A DNA stretch of 33,017 bases from Candidatus Brocadiaceae bacterium (GTDB lineage: Bacteria; Planctomycetota; Brocadiia; Brocadiales; Bathyanammoxibiaceae). This document shows positions 1 to 7,297 of this stretch, one piece after another. The translations under genes and the position numbers were made by a program. The notes under the pieces are model-generated. The model did not search any database and was not told the DNA's origin. It saw nothing but the letters and a program-made list of their open reading frames with translations. How positions within the stretch are numbered: the stretch's first letter is position 1; each line of letters begins with the position of its first letter. The DNA lies in assembly GCA_030018855.1 (NCBI GenBank), contig JASEHG010000002.1, positions 1-33,017 on the forward strand. The letters run 5' to 3'.

Positions 1-392
1 AGGCTGGCCCTATGCCTGAGGAGTTCCTTTTGGAGCCAGGTTTCCCTGTCCGGGATATAGGCCTCTGGCAGTAGGTTAGTCCTGAGGAGATGGGCCAGGA
101 CAGTAGAGTCAATCTTATCGGTCTTTACCCTGGCAGAGGCGATGGCCTTGACCCTCTTGGGGTGGGCAAGGTGGACGTTTATGTCCAGGCTGTCAAGGAG
201 TTCGTAGAGCCAGTACCAGCTAGGGCCTGCCTCCATGGCGAGTTCCTTTAGCTCACTGCCGATGGACTCTATGTACTCTGTTATTGAATCCTGGTCGTTA
301 GGGAGTTTGCCCTGAGATACTATTTTGCCTTGTTCATCCATAACTGTAACGTATGAAAATTTCTTGTGTAGGTCTAAACCAGCATATAACAT
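1..392 (-). CDS. IS110-family transposase/recombinase, N-terminal DEDD (RuvC-like) domain; runs off the window edge
   Basis: Not in the ORF track. Manual translation from ATG at 392: MLYAGLDLHKKFSYVTVMDEQGKIV...LAMEAGPSWYWLYELL...VHLAHPKRVKAIASARVKTDKIDSTVLAHLLRTNLLPEAYIP. The GLDLHK, MEA and KTDKID motifs are typical of IS110. AGGAGG SD at 401-406. Confidence 0.93.
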   Translation of the reverse strand, partial: MLYAGLDLHKKFSYVTVMDEQGKIVSQGKLPNDQDSITEYIESIGSELKELAMEAGPSWYWLYELLDSLDINVHLAHPKRVKAIASARVKTDKIDSTVLAHLLRTNLLPEAYIPDRETWLQKELLRHRAS

Positions 393-393
393 T

Positions 394-468
394 GGCTATG
401 CCTCCTGTAAAGAGTTTCAACCCCTCTGACCTACAGAATTTACCCTGTAGGTCAGCAGGAGGCTAGCC
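394..468 (-). promoter_or_regulatory. Structured 5' leader of the IS110 gene that sequesters its SD
   Basis: Outer stem GGCTA(T)GCCTCCTG 394-407 pairs with CAGGAGGCTAGCC 456-468. Inner perfect 11-bp inverted repeat CTGACCTACAG 426-436 / CTGTAGGTCAG 445-455. Confidence 0.7.
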
Positions 469-528
469 TTTTCATGACATCAGATATGGATAGGGGCAAA
501 GTCACTTTTCCAGAGCTCTCTTTATTAA

Positions 529-556
529 ATTATAACATCAAGAAAGCGTTTTGCAA
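529..556 (-). promoter_or_regulatory. Sigma70-type promoter facing the IS110 gene
   Basis: Minus strand reads TTGCAA (556-551), 16 nt ending in TGt, then TATAAT (534-529): a perfect extended -10. Confidence 0.65.
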
Positions 557-645
557 CTGATATTCAGTTGCTTTCCCTGAGACATCTTACTGGGTCAGCC
601 CCTCCTTGAGTGTCTTGCCTCTTCACCCAGACAGACTCCAGGAGA

Positions 646-1095
646 TTAGTCCCTTGTCTTCTTCGCATACAGGGCAATTATCTCTTCCTGTTCGGGGGTC
701 TCAATAGAGCCTGGCCTCTTGCGTCTGACCTCTTCAATGGCCCGCCGGGCCGAGTAACCCTTGTACACCAGATAGCAGGCCAGCATGGTACCCGTCCTGC
801 CTATACCTGCTCCGCAATGGACCACCAGTTTCTTGCCTGCTCCGCAGACCTTTGTGGCAAACCTCACGAACTCGTCTATCTGTTCCAGGGAGGGGGCGGT
901 AAGGTCTTCTACGGGGACGTGTTTATACTCAAAACCAAACTCTTCTATTAATGCCTTTTGGAGGGGATATTCAGTAAGCGAGACGATGGCATCTATGCCC
1001 AATTCCCTCAGGAACTCAAAGTCTGGCACGGCGGAGGCTGGCCTTGCCATGCCTGCTATCTCATTGGGGAGGAGCCAACTGAAATTCCTGGGCAT
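646..1095 (-). CDS. Dual-specificity / tyrosine protein phosphatase family protein (DUSP23-like)
   Basis: 149 aa with the HCGAGIGRTG (HCX5R) P-loop, an N-terminal P-x-NFSW, a general-acid loop VEDLTAP and C-terminal RPGSIET-x-EQ. Confidence 0.9.
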   Translation of the reverse strand: MPRNFSWLLPNEIAGMARPASAVPDFEFLRELGIDAIVSLTEYPLQKALIEEFGFEYKHVPVEDLTAPSLEQIDEFVRFATKVCGAGKKLVVHCGAGIGRTGTMLACYLVYKGYSARRAIEEVRRKRPGSIETPEQEEIIALYAKKTRD

Positions 1096-1113
1096 AAGTC
1101 TACAGTAGGGGCC

Positions 1114-1189
1114 AGAAGAAAAAAGAATACAGAATTCAGTAGTCAGAATTCAGAATATTCTGTATTCTAAATCCTGTATTCTGTATTCT
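1114..1189 (-). terminator. Possible intrinsic terminator formed by the heptamer hairpin
   Basis: Imperfect ~33-bp inverted repeat right after the HIT stop, followed on the minus strand by TTTTTTCTTCT. The stem is AT-rich, so it is atypical. Confidence 0.35.
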
Positions 1190-1197
1190 AAATTCTA
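1124..1197. repeat. Heptamer tandem array (AGAATWC-like x5) followed by its inverted copies (RWATTCT-like x5-6)
   Basis: agaatac agaattc agtagtc agaattc agaat|attct gtattct aaatcct gtattct gtattct aaattct, with the dyad centre at 1156/1157. Confidence 0.85.
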
Positions 1198-1620
1198 ACC
1201 CTTAATCTCTTCTAAAACCTTTAGGACTTCCTTACGGAGACCTTCTATCTCTCCTTCTTTGTACCGTCCCTGCCTCCAACCAAAGGAGAACCCGTCCCTT
1301 CGGTATCGGGGTATTATGTGTATATGCACGTGGGGGACGGTCTGGCCTGCGCAGGGTTTGTTGGTCTGGAAGAGATTCAACCCCTCCGCCTTTGTTACAT
1401 GGGCTATAGCCCTGGCAAGCGGAGGCACCACCTCCATAAGTCTACCCAGTTCCTTCCCCGGTATGTCCATAACCGTCTCGTAGTGCTTCTTTGGAACGAC
1501 CAGGGTGTGGCCAGGATTCAGGGGATTGATGTCTAGAAACGAGACCTTTTCATCGTCTTCCAGGAGTTTGCAGGCAGGTAGCTCACCACGGACAATCCTG
1601 CAGAAGACGCACTCCGTCAT
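1195..1620 (-). CDS. HIT (histidine triad) family nucleotide hydrolase
   Basis: CVFC N-terminus, FLDINP, GHTLVVPK and GQTVPHVHIHIIPR (HxHxH). ATGA overlap with the rplQ stop at 1617-1620. Confidence 0.95.
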   Translation of the reverse strand: MTECVFCRIVRGELPACKLLEDDEKVSFLDINPLNPGHTLVVPKKHYETVMDIPGKELGRLMEVVPPLARAIAHVTKAEGLNLFQTNKPCAGQTVPHVHIHIIPRYRRDGFSFGWRQGRYKEGEIEGLRKEVLKVLEEIKG

Positions 1621-2213
1621 CCCTTCTTTTCTTCCTGTCTGGAGGTGGTGGAGGTTTCTGCCTTTTTGGCCTCTGGCTTGGGCGCCTCTTTTACTACCTC
1701 ACCGGCCCCTTCCACCAGCTCAAGGAGGGCTAGAGGTGCGTTATCGCCCAGGCGGTGGCCCACCAGACGTACTTTTCTCTCCTGCCCTTCCATCTTATAG
1801 TTCAATACTGGTATCTGCCCTATCTTGCTCCCGGTCAATATGCCCAGACGGCTGCCGCCCAGTCTCATTATCCTGGTGTATCCCCCGTTCCTGTTGAGGA
1901 ACCTCTCGGCGATACATCCCTTCTCCCGCCACTGGCCCTCGCCTACCAGCTTCTGGGTCAATGCCTTATCCTGGAGCTGGGAGAGTATCTCCCGGTAGTA
2001 GTGGACATAAGCAGGTCTATCCGTCCCTTTTCTGCCAAAGGCCTTTCTGGCAAGGGTGATGAGCCTTTCCACAAAGGGCCTGATTTCCTTTGCCTTGGTA
2101 ACGGTGGTAATTATCCTGCCGTGGGTGAAGAGGGCCTTGGCCAGGTTACGGCGCAGGGCCAACCTGTGGCTGGAGGTCCTTCCGAGGTGTCTCCCTGTCT
2201 TCTGGTGTCTCAT
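1617..2213 (-). CDS. rplQ: 50S ribosomal protein L17 (198 aa, with insertions)
   Basis: MRH...LGRTSSHR, ITTVTKAKE, RNGGYTRI and RLGDNA motifs. Start moved to the ATG at 2213, which forms a TGATG overlap with the rpoA stop. Confidence 0.95.
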   Translation of the reverse strand: MRHQKTGRHLGRTSSHRLALRRNLAKALFTHGRIITTVTKAKEIRPFVERLITLARKAFGRKGTDRPAYVHYYREILSQLQDKALTQKLVGEGQWREKGCIAERFLNRNGGYTRIMRLGGSRLGILTGSKIGQIPVLNYKMEGQERKVRLVGHRLGDNAPLALLELVEGAGEVVKEAPKPEAKKAETSTTSRQEEKKG

Positions 2214-3226
2214 CAGGACTTTCCTCCTACTTCTGCCTTCTTCATCCCCAGAGTCAGTCCCCATTGGGCAAGCTTCTTCTTTATCTCATTGAGGGTGGTC
2301 TTGCCAAAGTTTCTGACCTCCAGGAGTTCTTCCTCCGCCATGCTCGCCAGTTCGTCCACGGTCTTGATATTAGCGGCTTCCAGGCAGTTAGAGGCACGTA
2401 CGGAAAGATCCAATTCTGACACAGGCTTGTTAAGTTTGACCTCCAGTTCTCCGCGGGCCTCCTTCGGTGCATCTACCGCTCCCGGGGCAAGCTTACGGTC
2501 GCCCATCGGCAGTTCCCTGCCTAGCTCAAAGTACTGTACAAAGGGTGTCAGGTGCTTTCTGAGTATCTTTGCCGCCTCTACCAGGGCCATTTCCGGACCT
2601 ATCACGCCGTTGGTCCATATCTCCATTACCAACCTATCGTAATTGGTCCGCCTACCTACCCTGGTATCTTCCGTGTAATACTTTACGTTCCTTACCGGAG
2701 AGAACACCGAATCTATTGCAATGAGGCCTATCTCGGCCTCTTCTGGCTCATTCTCTTCAGCGGTAACATAACCCCTCCCTTTCTTTACCTCCATCTCCGT
2801 AACAAAGCCCTTGTCTTCCGAAAGGGTGACTATATGCTGTTCGGGGTTGATTATCTCTACGGCACCACCCGTGGTGATATCCTTGGCCCTTATCGCTCCT
2901 TTTTTATTGGCTTCTATGCGGATCTTTTGGGGCTGGTCGTCCAGCAGTTTCAGCACCAGGGACTTGATGTTAAGGATAATGTCTGTGGTGTCCTCTACCA
3001 CTCCGGGGATAGTGCTGAACTCATGCTTCACCCCCTTAATCTTTACAGAGGTAACGGCACTACCTTCCAGGCTGTTCAATAGCACCCTTCGTAAGGAATT
3101 ACCGATAGTAACCCCGTAACCCCTCTCAAAAGGCTCAATTATGAACTTGCCGTAGGTATTGCTAAGGGTTTTCTGGTCGACGGTGATGCGAGTCGGCAGT
3201 TCAAAACCCCTCCACCGAATTCGCAT
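2213..3226 (-). CDS. rpoA: RNA polymerase subunit alpha
   Basis: EPFERGYGVTIGNSLRRVLL, HEFSTIPGVVED and CTD LDLSVRASNCL...RNFGKT. Start moved to 3226, where a GGAGGT SD lies upstream. Confidence 0.98.
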   Translation of the reverse strand: MRIRWRGFELPTRITVDQKTLSNTYGKFIIEPFERGYGVTIGNSLRRVLLNSLEGSAVTSVKIKGVKHEFSTIPGVVEDTTDIILNIKSLVLKLLDDQPQKIRIEANKKGAIRAKDITTGGAVEIINPEQHIVTLSEDKGFVTEMEVKKGRGYVTAEENEPEEAEIGLIAIDSVFSPVRNVKYYTEDTRVGRRTNYDRLVMEIWTNGVIGPEMALVEAAKILRKHLTPFVQYFELGRELPMGDRKLAPGAVDAPKEARGELEVKLNKPVSELDLSVRASNCLEAANIKTVDELASMAEEELLEVRNFGKTTLNEIKKKLAQWGLTLGMKKAEVGGKS

Positions 3227-3289
3227 ATACTTACCTCCCCTCTGACTCTTCCAGGCCATCGTGTAGCCTGAAGTCTTTGTCTGTTTTGT

Positions 3290-3919
3290 TTATCTGGAAC
3301 AGAGTTCTACTACTAATTGTTCTTGTACGGGCGAAGAGGTCTCTTCCCTCGTGGGGAAACGGAGTACCTTTGCCTGTGGAGTATCCTTATCAAGTTCTAA
3401 CCATGCCGAATTGAACCGAGTGGCATAGCTCGCCAGGTTGGTCTTTATCAATTCCTGGCTCCTTGGGTGCTGGTAGGGTGTGATGATGTCTCCCACCTTC
3501 ACAAGGTAGGAGGGTACGTCCACCCTCTTTCCACTGACCACTATATGTCCGTGATGAATAAGTTGGCGGGCCTGTTTCCTGGAAGCGGCGTAGCCCAGCA
3601 GATAAGCAACGTTGTCCAACCTCCCTTCCAACAATACCAGGAGGTTCTCCCCGGTATGACCCTTCCGCCTCTCGGCCTCATGGAATAGCCTCAAAAACTG
3701 TCCTTCTAATATCCCATAAAACCTTTTGATCTTCTGTTTCTCCCTGAACTGCACCCCATATTTTGACATCTTCTTCCCACCCCTCCAGTAGTGCATCCCA
3801 GGGGCGGTCTTCCTCTTGGTAACGGGACACTTAGCTGAAAAACAACGGGTACCTTTCAGGTAGAGCTTTATCCCTTCCCTCCTGCACAACCTGCAAGATG
3901 GCCCTAACAGTCTGCTCAT
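3290..3919 (-). CDS. rpsD: 30S ribosomal protein S4 (Zn-type)
   Basis: CRLCRREG-x-KLYLKG-x-RC, REKQK, LEGRLDN and ARQLI-x-HGH. Confidence 0.98.
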   Translation of the reverse strand: MSRLLGPSCRLCRREGIKLYLKGTRCFSAKCPVTKRKTAPGMHYWRGGKKMSKYGVQFREKQKIKRFYGILEGQFLRLFHEAERRKGHTGENLLVLLEGRLDNVAYLLGYAASRKQARQLIHHGHIVVSGKRVDVPSYLVKVGDIITPYQHPRSQELIKTNLASYATRFNSAWLELDKDTPQAKVLRFPTREETSSPVQEQLVVELCSR

Positions 3920-3926
3920 GTATGCC

Positions 3927-4301
3927 CTATACCCTCCTTTTCTTCCTGGGACGACATCCGTTGTGTGGGAGCGGGGTCACGTCTTCAATAGATTTCACGC
4001 TAAGCCCGGCAGACTGGAGGGCTGTGATGGCTGACTCCCTTCCCGAACCTGGCCCTTTTACCCTGACCTCCAACTCCTGGATTCCCATCTTTCTGGCCTT
4101 GTCTGCAACGCTCTCCGCCGCCCGCGTGGCGGCAAAGGGCGTACTCTTCCTGGAGCCTTTAAACCCCACAGTCCCGGCGCTCGCCCAGCACAGAGACTCT
4201 CCATTGAGGTCTGTAATATTGATGTAAGTATTGTTAAAAGTAGCCTTTATATAGGCAATCGCCCTGTTAACATTACGTCTTACCTTTTTAACTTTGGCCA
4301 T
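3927..4301 (-). CDS. rpsK: 30S ribosomal protein S11
   Basis: [28 protein letters not shown] and [12 protein letters not shown]. Confidence 0.99.
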   Translation of the reverse strand: MAKVKKVRRNVNRAIAYIKATFNNTYINITDLNGESLCWASAGTVGFKGSRKSTPFAATRAAESVADKARKMGIQELEVRVKGPGSGRESAITALQSAGLSVKSIEDVTPLPHNGCRPRKKRRV

Positions 4302-5137
4302 TAGTCTTTATCTCCACCGAAGAGCCCTGGTAAAAGTCCCTCTAAGGGAGAATGCACCCCCAGGAGATTGCTCAGTTCTTTATAACCTCCTACGCCCTTC
4401 TTACTGGAACGGGTCTTCCTGGCGGTGAGCACTAAATTCTTAGGGGTCACCGTTGGGGGTACTATCTCGTGCATCTCTACATAATAACCGGCCCCTCGCA
4501 GTACCTGGGCCCTTATGGCCTCCGTCAGGAGGTCCGCAAACCTGTACCTCAGGAGGCCAAACTCTGTCAGCCTCTCCAGGGGCTGAGGGGACCTTATCTG
4601 TCCCCTAATCTGATTCTGACAGCATGGCACCACCATGATATACCTTGCCCCTAACTGGATGCCCCTGGCTATTGCCTCATCAGTTGCCGTATCACAGGCA
4701 TGTAAGGCCAGCACCATGTCCACATTAGTCGGTGGCACAAATTCACACGTCCTACCCTGCCAGAAGGACATATTCTCATAGCCCAAGAAAGCAGCCATGG
4801 TCTTACACCTCTCTATAAGGACTTCAGAGGTGTCCACGCCGTAGAAAGTGGCCTCTAGACCATACATCTCCCTCAAGAGATAGTTAAGGACAAAGGCAAG
4901 GTACGACTTCCCGCAAGAGCAGTCCAGGCACACCAGGCCCTCTTTCAAGAGTTCGGGGGACATCTTGAAGATGTGGCTGGAAAAGCCTACTACCTCCTGG
5001 AATTTCTTGGTCCCGCTCTGGTACAACTGTCCATCGGGACCTGCCCAGCCCAGGGTACGGAGTAGTCTTCCTGCGGAATACAAGAGTTCTTGTATCCTGC
5101 CCTCTTCCGATCCAGTCCTTTCTAGAGCAAATGGCAT
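4301..5137 (-). CDS. Class I SAM-dependent methyltransferase (Methyltransf_32-like)
   Basis: 278 aa with motif [11 protein letters not shown], motif II YGVD, and [18 protein letters not shown] and TPKNL motifs. It fills the rpsM-rpsK gap exactly. Confidence 0.88.
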   Translation of the reverse strand: MPFALERTGSEEGRIQELLYSAGRLLRTLGWAGPDGQLYQSGTKKFQEVVGFSSHIFKMSPELLKEGLVCLDCSCGKSYLAFVLNYLLREMYGLEATFYGVDTSEVLIERCKTMAAFLGYENMSFWQGRTCEFVPPTNVDMVLALHACDTATDEAIARGIQLGARYIMVVPCCQNQIRGQIRSPQPLERLTEFGLLRYRFADLLTEAIRAQVLRGAGYYVEMHEIVPPTVTPKNLVLTARKTRSSKKGVGGYKELSNLLGVHSPLEGLLPGLFGGDKD

Positions 5138-5138
5138 G

Positions 5139-5516
5139 TTAGGCCCTTTCTATCTTCCTTCCAGCTACGGTCTTCTTGCGACCCTTCCTCGTACGGGCAT
5201 TGGTCCGCGTGCGTTGACCTCTGACCGGGAGTCCCACCTTGTGTCTATACCCCCTGTAGCAGCCCAGACTCCTTAAGAGGGCAATATTCTGGGTCTCCTG
5301 CCTGCGGAGGGCGCCTTCGGTCGTGTAATTCTTCTCTATGTAGGAGGCCAGGGTGCTGAGCTGGTCCTCGTGAAGGTCCTTGGCCCGGATGTTCTCGTCA
5401 ATACCTACCGCCTTCAGTATCTTCTGGGAGAGGGCCTTCCCTATCCCATAAATGTACGTAAGGGCTATGACCATCCTCTTGTTGGCTGGTATGTCTACTC
5501 CAGCAATCCTGGGCAT
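5139..5516 (-). CDS. rpsM: 30S ribosomal protein S13
   Basis: [19 protein letters not shown] and YRGYRH-x2[15 protein letters not shown]. Confidence 0.99.
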   Translation of the reverse strand: MPRIAGVDIPANKRMVIALTYIYGIGKALSQKILKAVGIDENIRAKDLHEDQLSTLASYIEKNYTTEGALRRQETQNIALLRSLGCYRGYRHKVGLPVRGQRTRTNARTRKGRKKTVAGRKIERA

Positions 5517-5532
5517 CTAGAGAATACCTCCT

Positions 5533-5646
5533 TTAACCCTGCCTCTGTTTGTGTCTGGGGTTATCGCATATTACCCTAACGACGTTCTTACGCCTTACTA
5601 TCTTACATTTTTCACAAATACGCTTTACCGAGGCCCTTACCTTCAT
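5533..5646 (-). CDS. rpmJ: 50S ribosomal protein L36 (Zn-type)
   Basis: Below the ORF-track cutoff. Manual translation: [37 protein letters not shown]. Confidence 0.98.
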   Translation of the reverse strand: MKVRASVKRICEKCKIVRRKNVVRVICDNPRHKQRQG

Positions 5647-5660
5647 CCTATGGACTCCTC

Positions 5661-5879
5661 TTAGACCTGTCTGTAGACAATCCTGCCCCTCTCCAGGTCA
5701 TAAGGCGACATCTCTATGGTCACTTTATCCCCGGGGAGTATCCGTATGAAGTGCATCCTCATCTTTCCGGAGACGTGGGCCAGCACCTGATGGCCGTTAG
5801 GCAGTTCCACCCTGAACATGGCGTTGGGAAGTGCCTCCCTTACCACAGCCTCCACCTTTATAGGTTCCTCCTTGGGCAT
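5661..5879 (-). CDS. infA: Translation initiation factor IF-1
   Basis: [12 protein letters not shown]-x-NGH and [17 protein letters not shown]. Confidence 0.99.
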   Translation of the reverse strand: MPKEEPIKVEAVVREALPNAMFRVELPNGHQVLAHVSGKMRMHFIRILPGDKVTIEMSPYDLERGRIVYRQV

Positions 5880-5880
5880 G

Positions 5881-6636
5881 TTACTCTACCGTAAGTACTT
5901 CCACCCCTGTATCGGTAACCACTACCGTGTGCTCAAAATGGGCAGAGAGCTTACGGTCCTTCGTCACCACCGTCCACTTATTCTCCATGACCTCGGTCTC
6001 ACCACTCCCCATGCATATCATGGGTTCTATTGCCAGGGTAGTCCCAGAGAGGAGGACGACGTCGTTGGCCAGGAGTTCTTCGCTTACATAATTAGGTACC
6101 TGGGGTTCCTCATGCATGCACCTACCTATCCCATGCCCGGCATAGTCCTTCACCACCGAATATTCATGGCCCTCTACGTACTCCTGGATGCAACCAGCAA
6201 CCCAGGAGAGCATAACCCCTGGTCTTATACCCTCAATGGCCTTATTGAGGGCCTTCTCGCATACCTCCATCAATCTCCTGGTCGCAGGGGGGACCTTGCC
6301 GATGGGTACCGTTATGGCACCATCAGCCATGTACTTCTTATATTCTACCCCCACGTCTATACTAAGGATATCTCCCTCCCTCAGTCTCCTGGGGCCTGGT
6401 ATCCCATGTACCACCTCTTCGTTTATTGAGGTACACGTACTCCTGGGATAACCCCTATAACCCTTGAATATGGGTGAGCCATGCTTTCCGCGTATATATC
6501 TTTCCATCTCCGTATCTATATAATCTGTAGTTACGTCACAGACAGCCAGTTCCCTGGCCAATCGCAAGGCGCCGGCCACAATCTTTCCTGCCTGTCGCAT
6601 AAGACCGACCTGCCTTGCACTCTTGCATTCTATCAT
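5881..6636 (-). CDS. map: Type I methionine aminopeptidase
   Basis: [16 protein letters not shown]...DGAIT, GHGIG-x2-MHEEP, AIEPM and SAHFEHTV. Confidence 0.98.
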   Translation of the reverse strand: MIECKSARQVGLMRQAGKIVAGALRLARELAVCDVTTDYIDTEMERYIRGKHGSPIFKGYRGYPRSTCTSINEEVVHGIPGPRRLREGDILSIDVGVEYKKYMADGAITVPIGKVPPATRRLMEVCEKALNKAIEGIRPGVMLSWVAGCIQEYVEGHEYSVVKDYAGHGIGRCMHEEPQVPNYVSEELLANDVVLLSGTTLAIEPMICMGSGETEVMENKWTVVTKDRKLSAHFEHTVVVTDTGVEVLTVE

Positions 6637-6637
6637 G

Positions 6638-7297
6638 CTACCTTTCCCTATTAAGCGAGTCCAGGGCCTTCGTCACCTCCTCGTAGACCTCCTTTACGTC
6701 CCTGTCGGCATTTATCTTTATGAGGAGGCCTTGCTTTTCGTAATAGTCAATGAGGTCTGCTGTCTGTTTTCTATAGACCTTTAACCTCTCCTTTGCCGTT
6801 TCTACCTTATCGTCTGGCCTCTGCTGGAGGGCCTTCCCACATTTATCGCACACCCCTGGTTTCTTGGGGGGCATGTAGTGTTGATGGTAGTTGCTCCCAC
6901 ATCCTGAACATATCCAGCGTCCAGTAAGTCTTGAGACAGCCGTCTCCTCCGAGACTGCAAAATAGAAGACCACATCCAATCTATCCTTTAGACCACTCAG
7001 GGTCTTATCCAGGGCCTTTGCCTGGTTTAGATTCCTGGGGAAACCGTCTAATAAAAAATTTTTACAGCATCCATTCTTACCGATACGTTCCGCTACTATA
7101 TCTACCACTACATCATCTGGCACCAATGCCCCTTTCTCCATATATTTCCTGGCCCGAAGGCCCACGGGGGTACCTGCATCAATGGCCCCCCTTAGCATCT
7201 CACCCGTAGAGATATGTTCCATACCTCTCTGCTTACTTAGCGTCTCGGCCTGGGTGCCCTTTCCCGCCCCCGGGGGTCCCAGAAATACTACGTTCAT
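6638..7297 (-). CDS. adk: Adenylate kinase (Zn-binding LID)
   Basis: GPPGAGKGTQA P-loop, LDGFPR and LID CSGC...CDKC. Confidence 0.98.
   Translation of the reverse strand: MNVVFLGPPGAGKGTQAETLSKQRGMEHISTGEMLRGAIDAGTPVGLRARKYMEKGALVPDDVVVDIVAERIGKNGCCKNFLLDGFPRNLNQAKALDKTLSGLKDRLDVVFYFAVSEETAVSRLTGRWICSGCGSNYHQHYMPPKKPGVCDKCGKALQQRPDDKVETAKERLKVYRKQTADLIDYYEKQGLLIKINADRDVKEVYEEVTKALDSLNRER

Larger units (their letters stand above)
1..481 (-). mobile_element. IS110-family insertion sequence, 5' end (boundary near 481 is a guess)
   Basis: Transposase CDS plus a structured noncoding leader at 394-468. The true end cannot be fixed without an empty-site allele. Confidence 0.6.

Noticed and set aside
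538-607. Possible 15-aa minus-strand peptide MSQGKQLNISCKTLS with an upstream AGGAGG
   Set aside because: The SD-to-ATG spacing of ~15 nt is too long, and the ORF overlaps the predicted promoter.
1124-1197. Repeat arrays as a possible CRISPR array (also 9629-9683)
   Set aside because: Units are 7-8 nt with no unique spacers, and no cas genes are present.
1755-2642. 295-aa plus-strand ORF
   Set aside because: Antisense shadow of rplQ/rpoA with no recognisable motifs; explained by codon bias on the coding strand.
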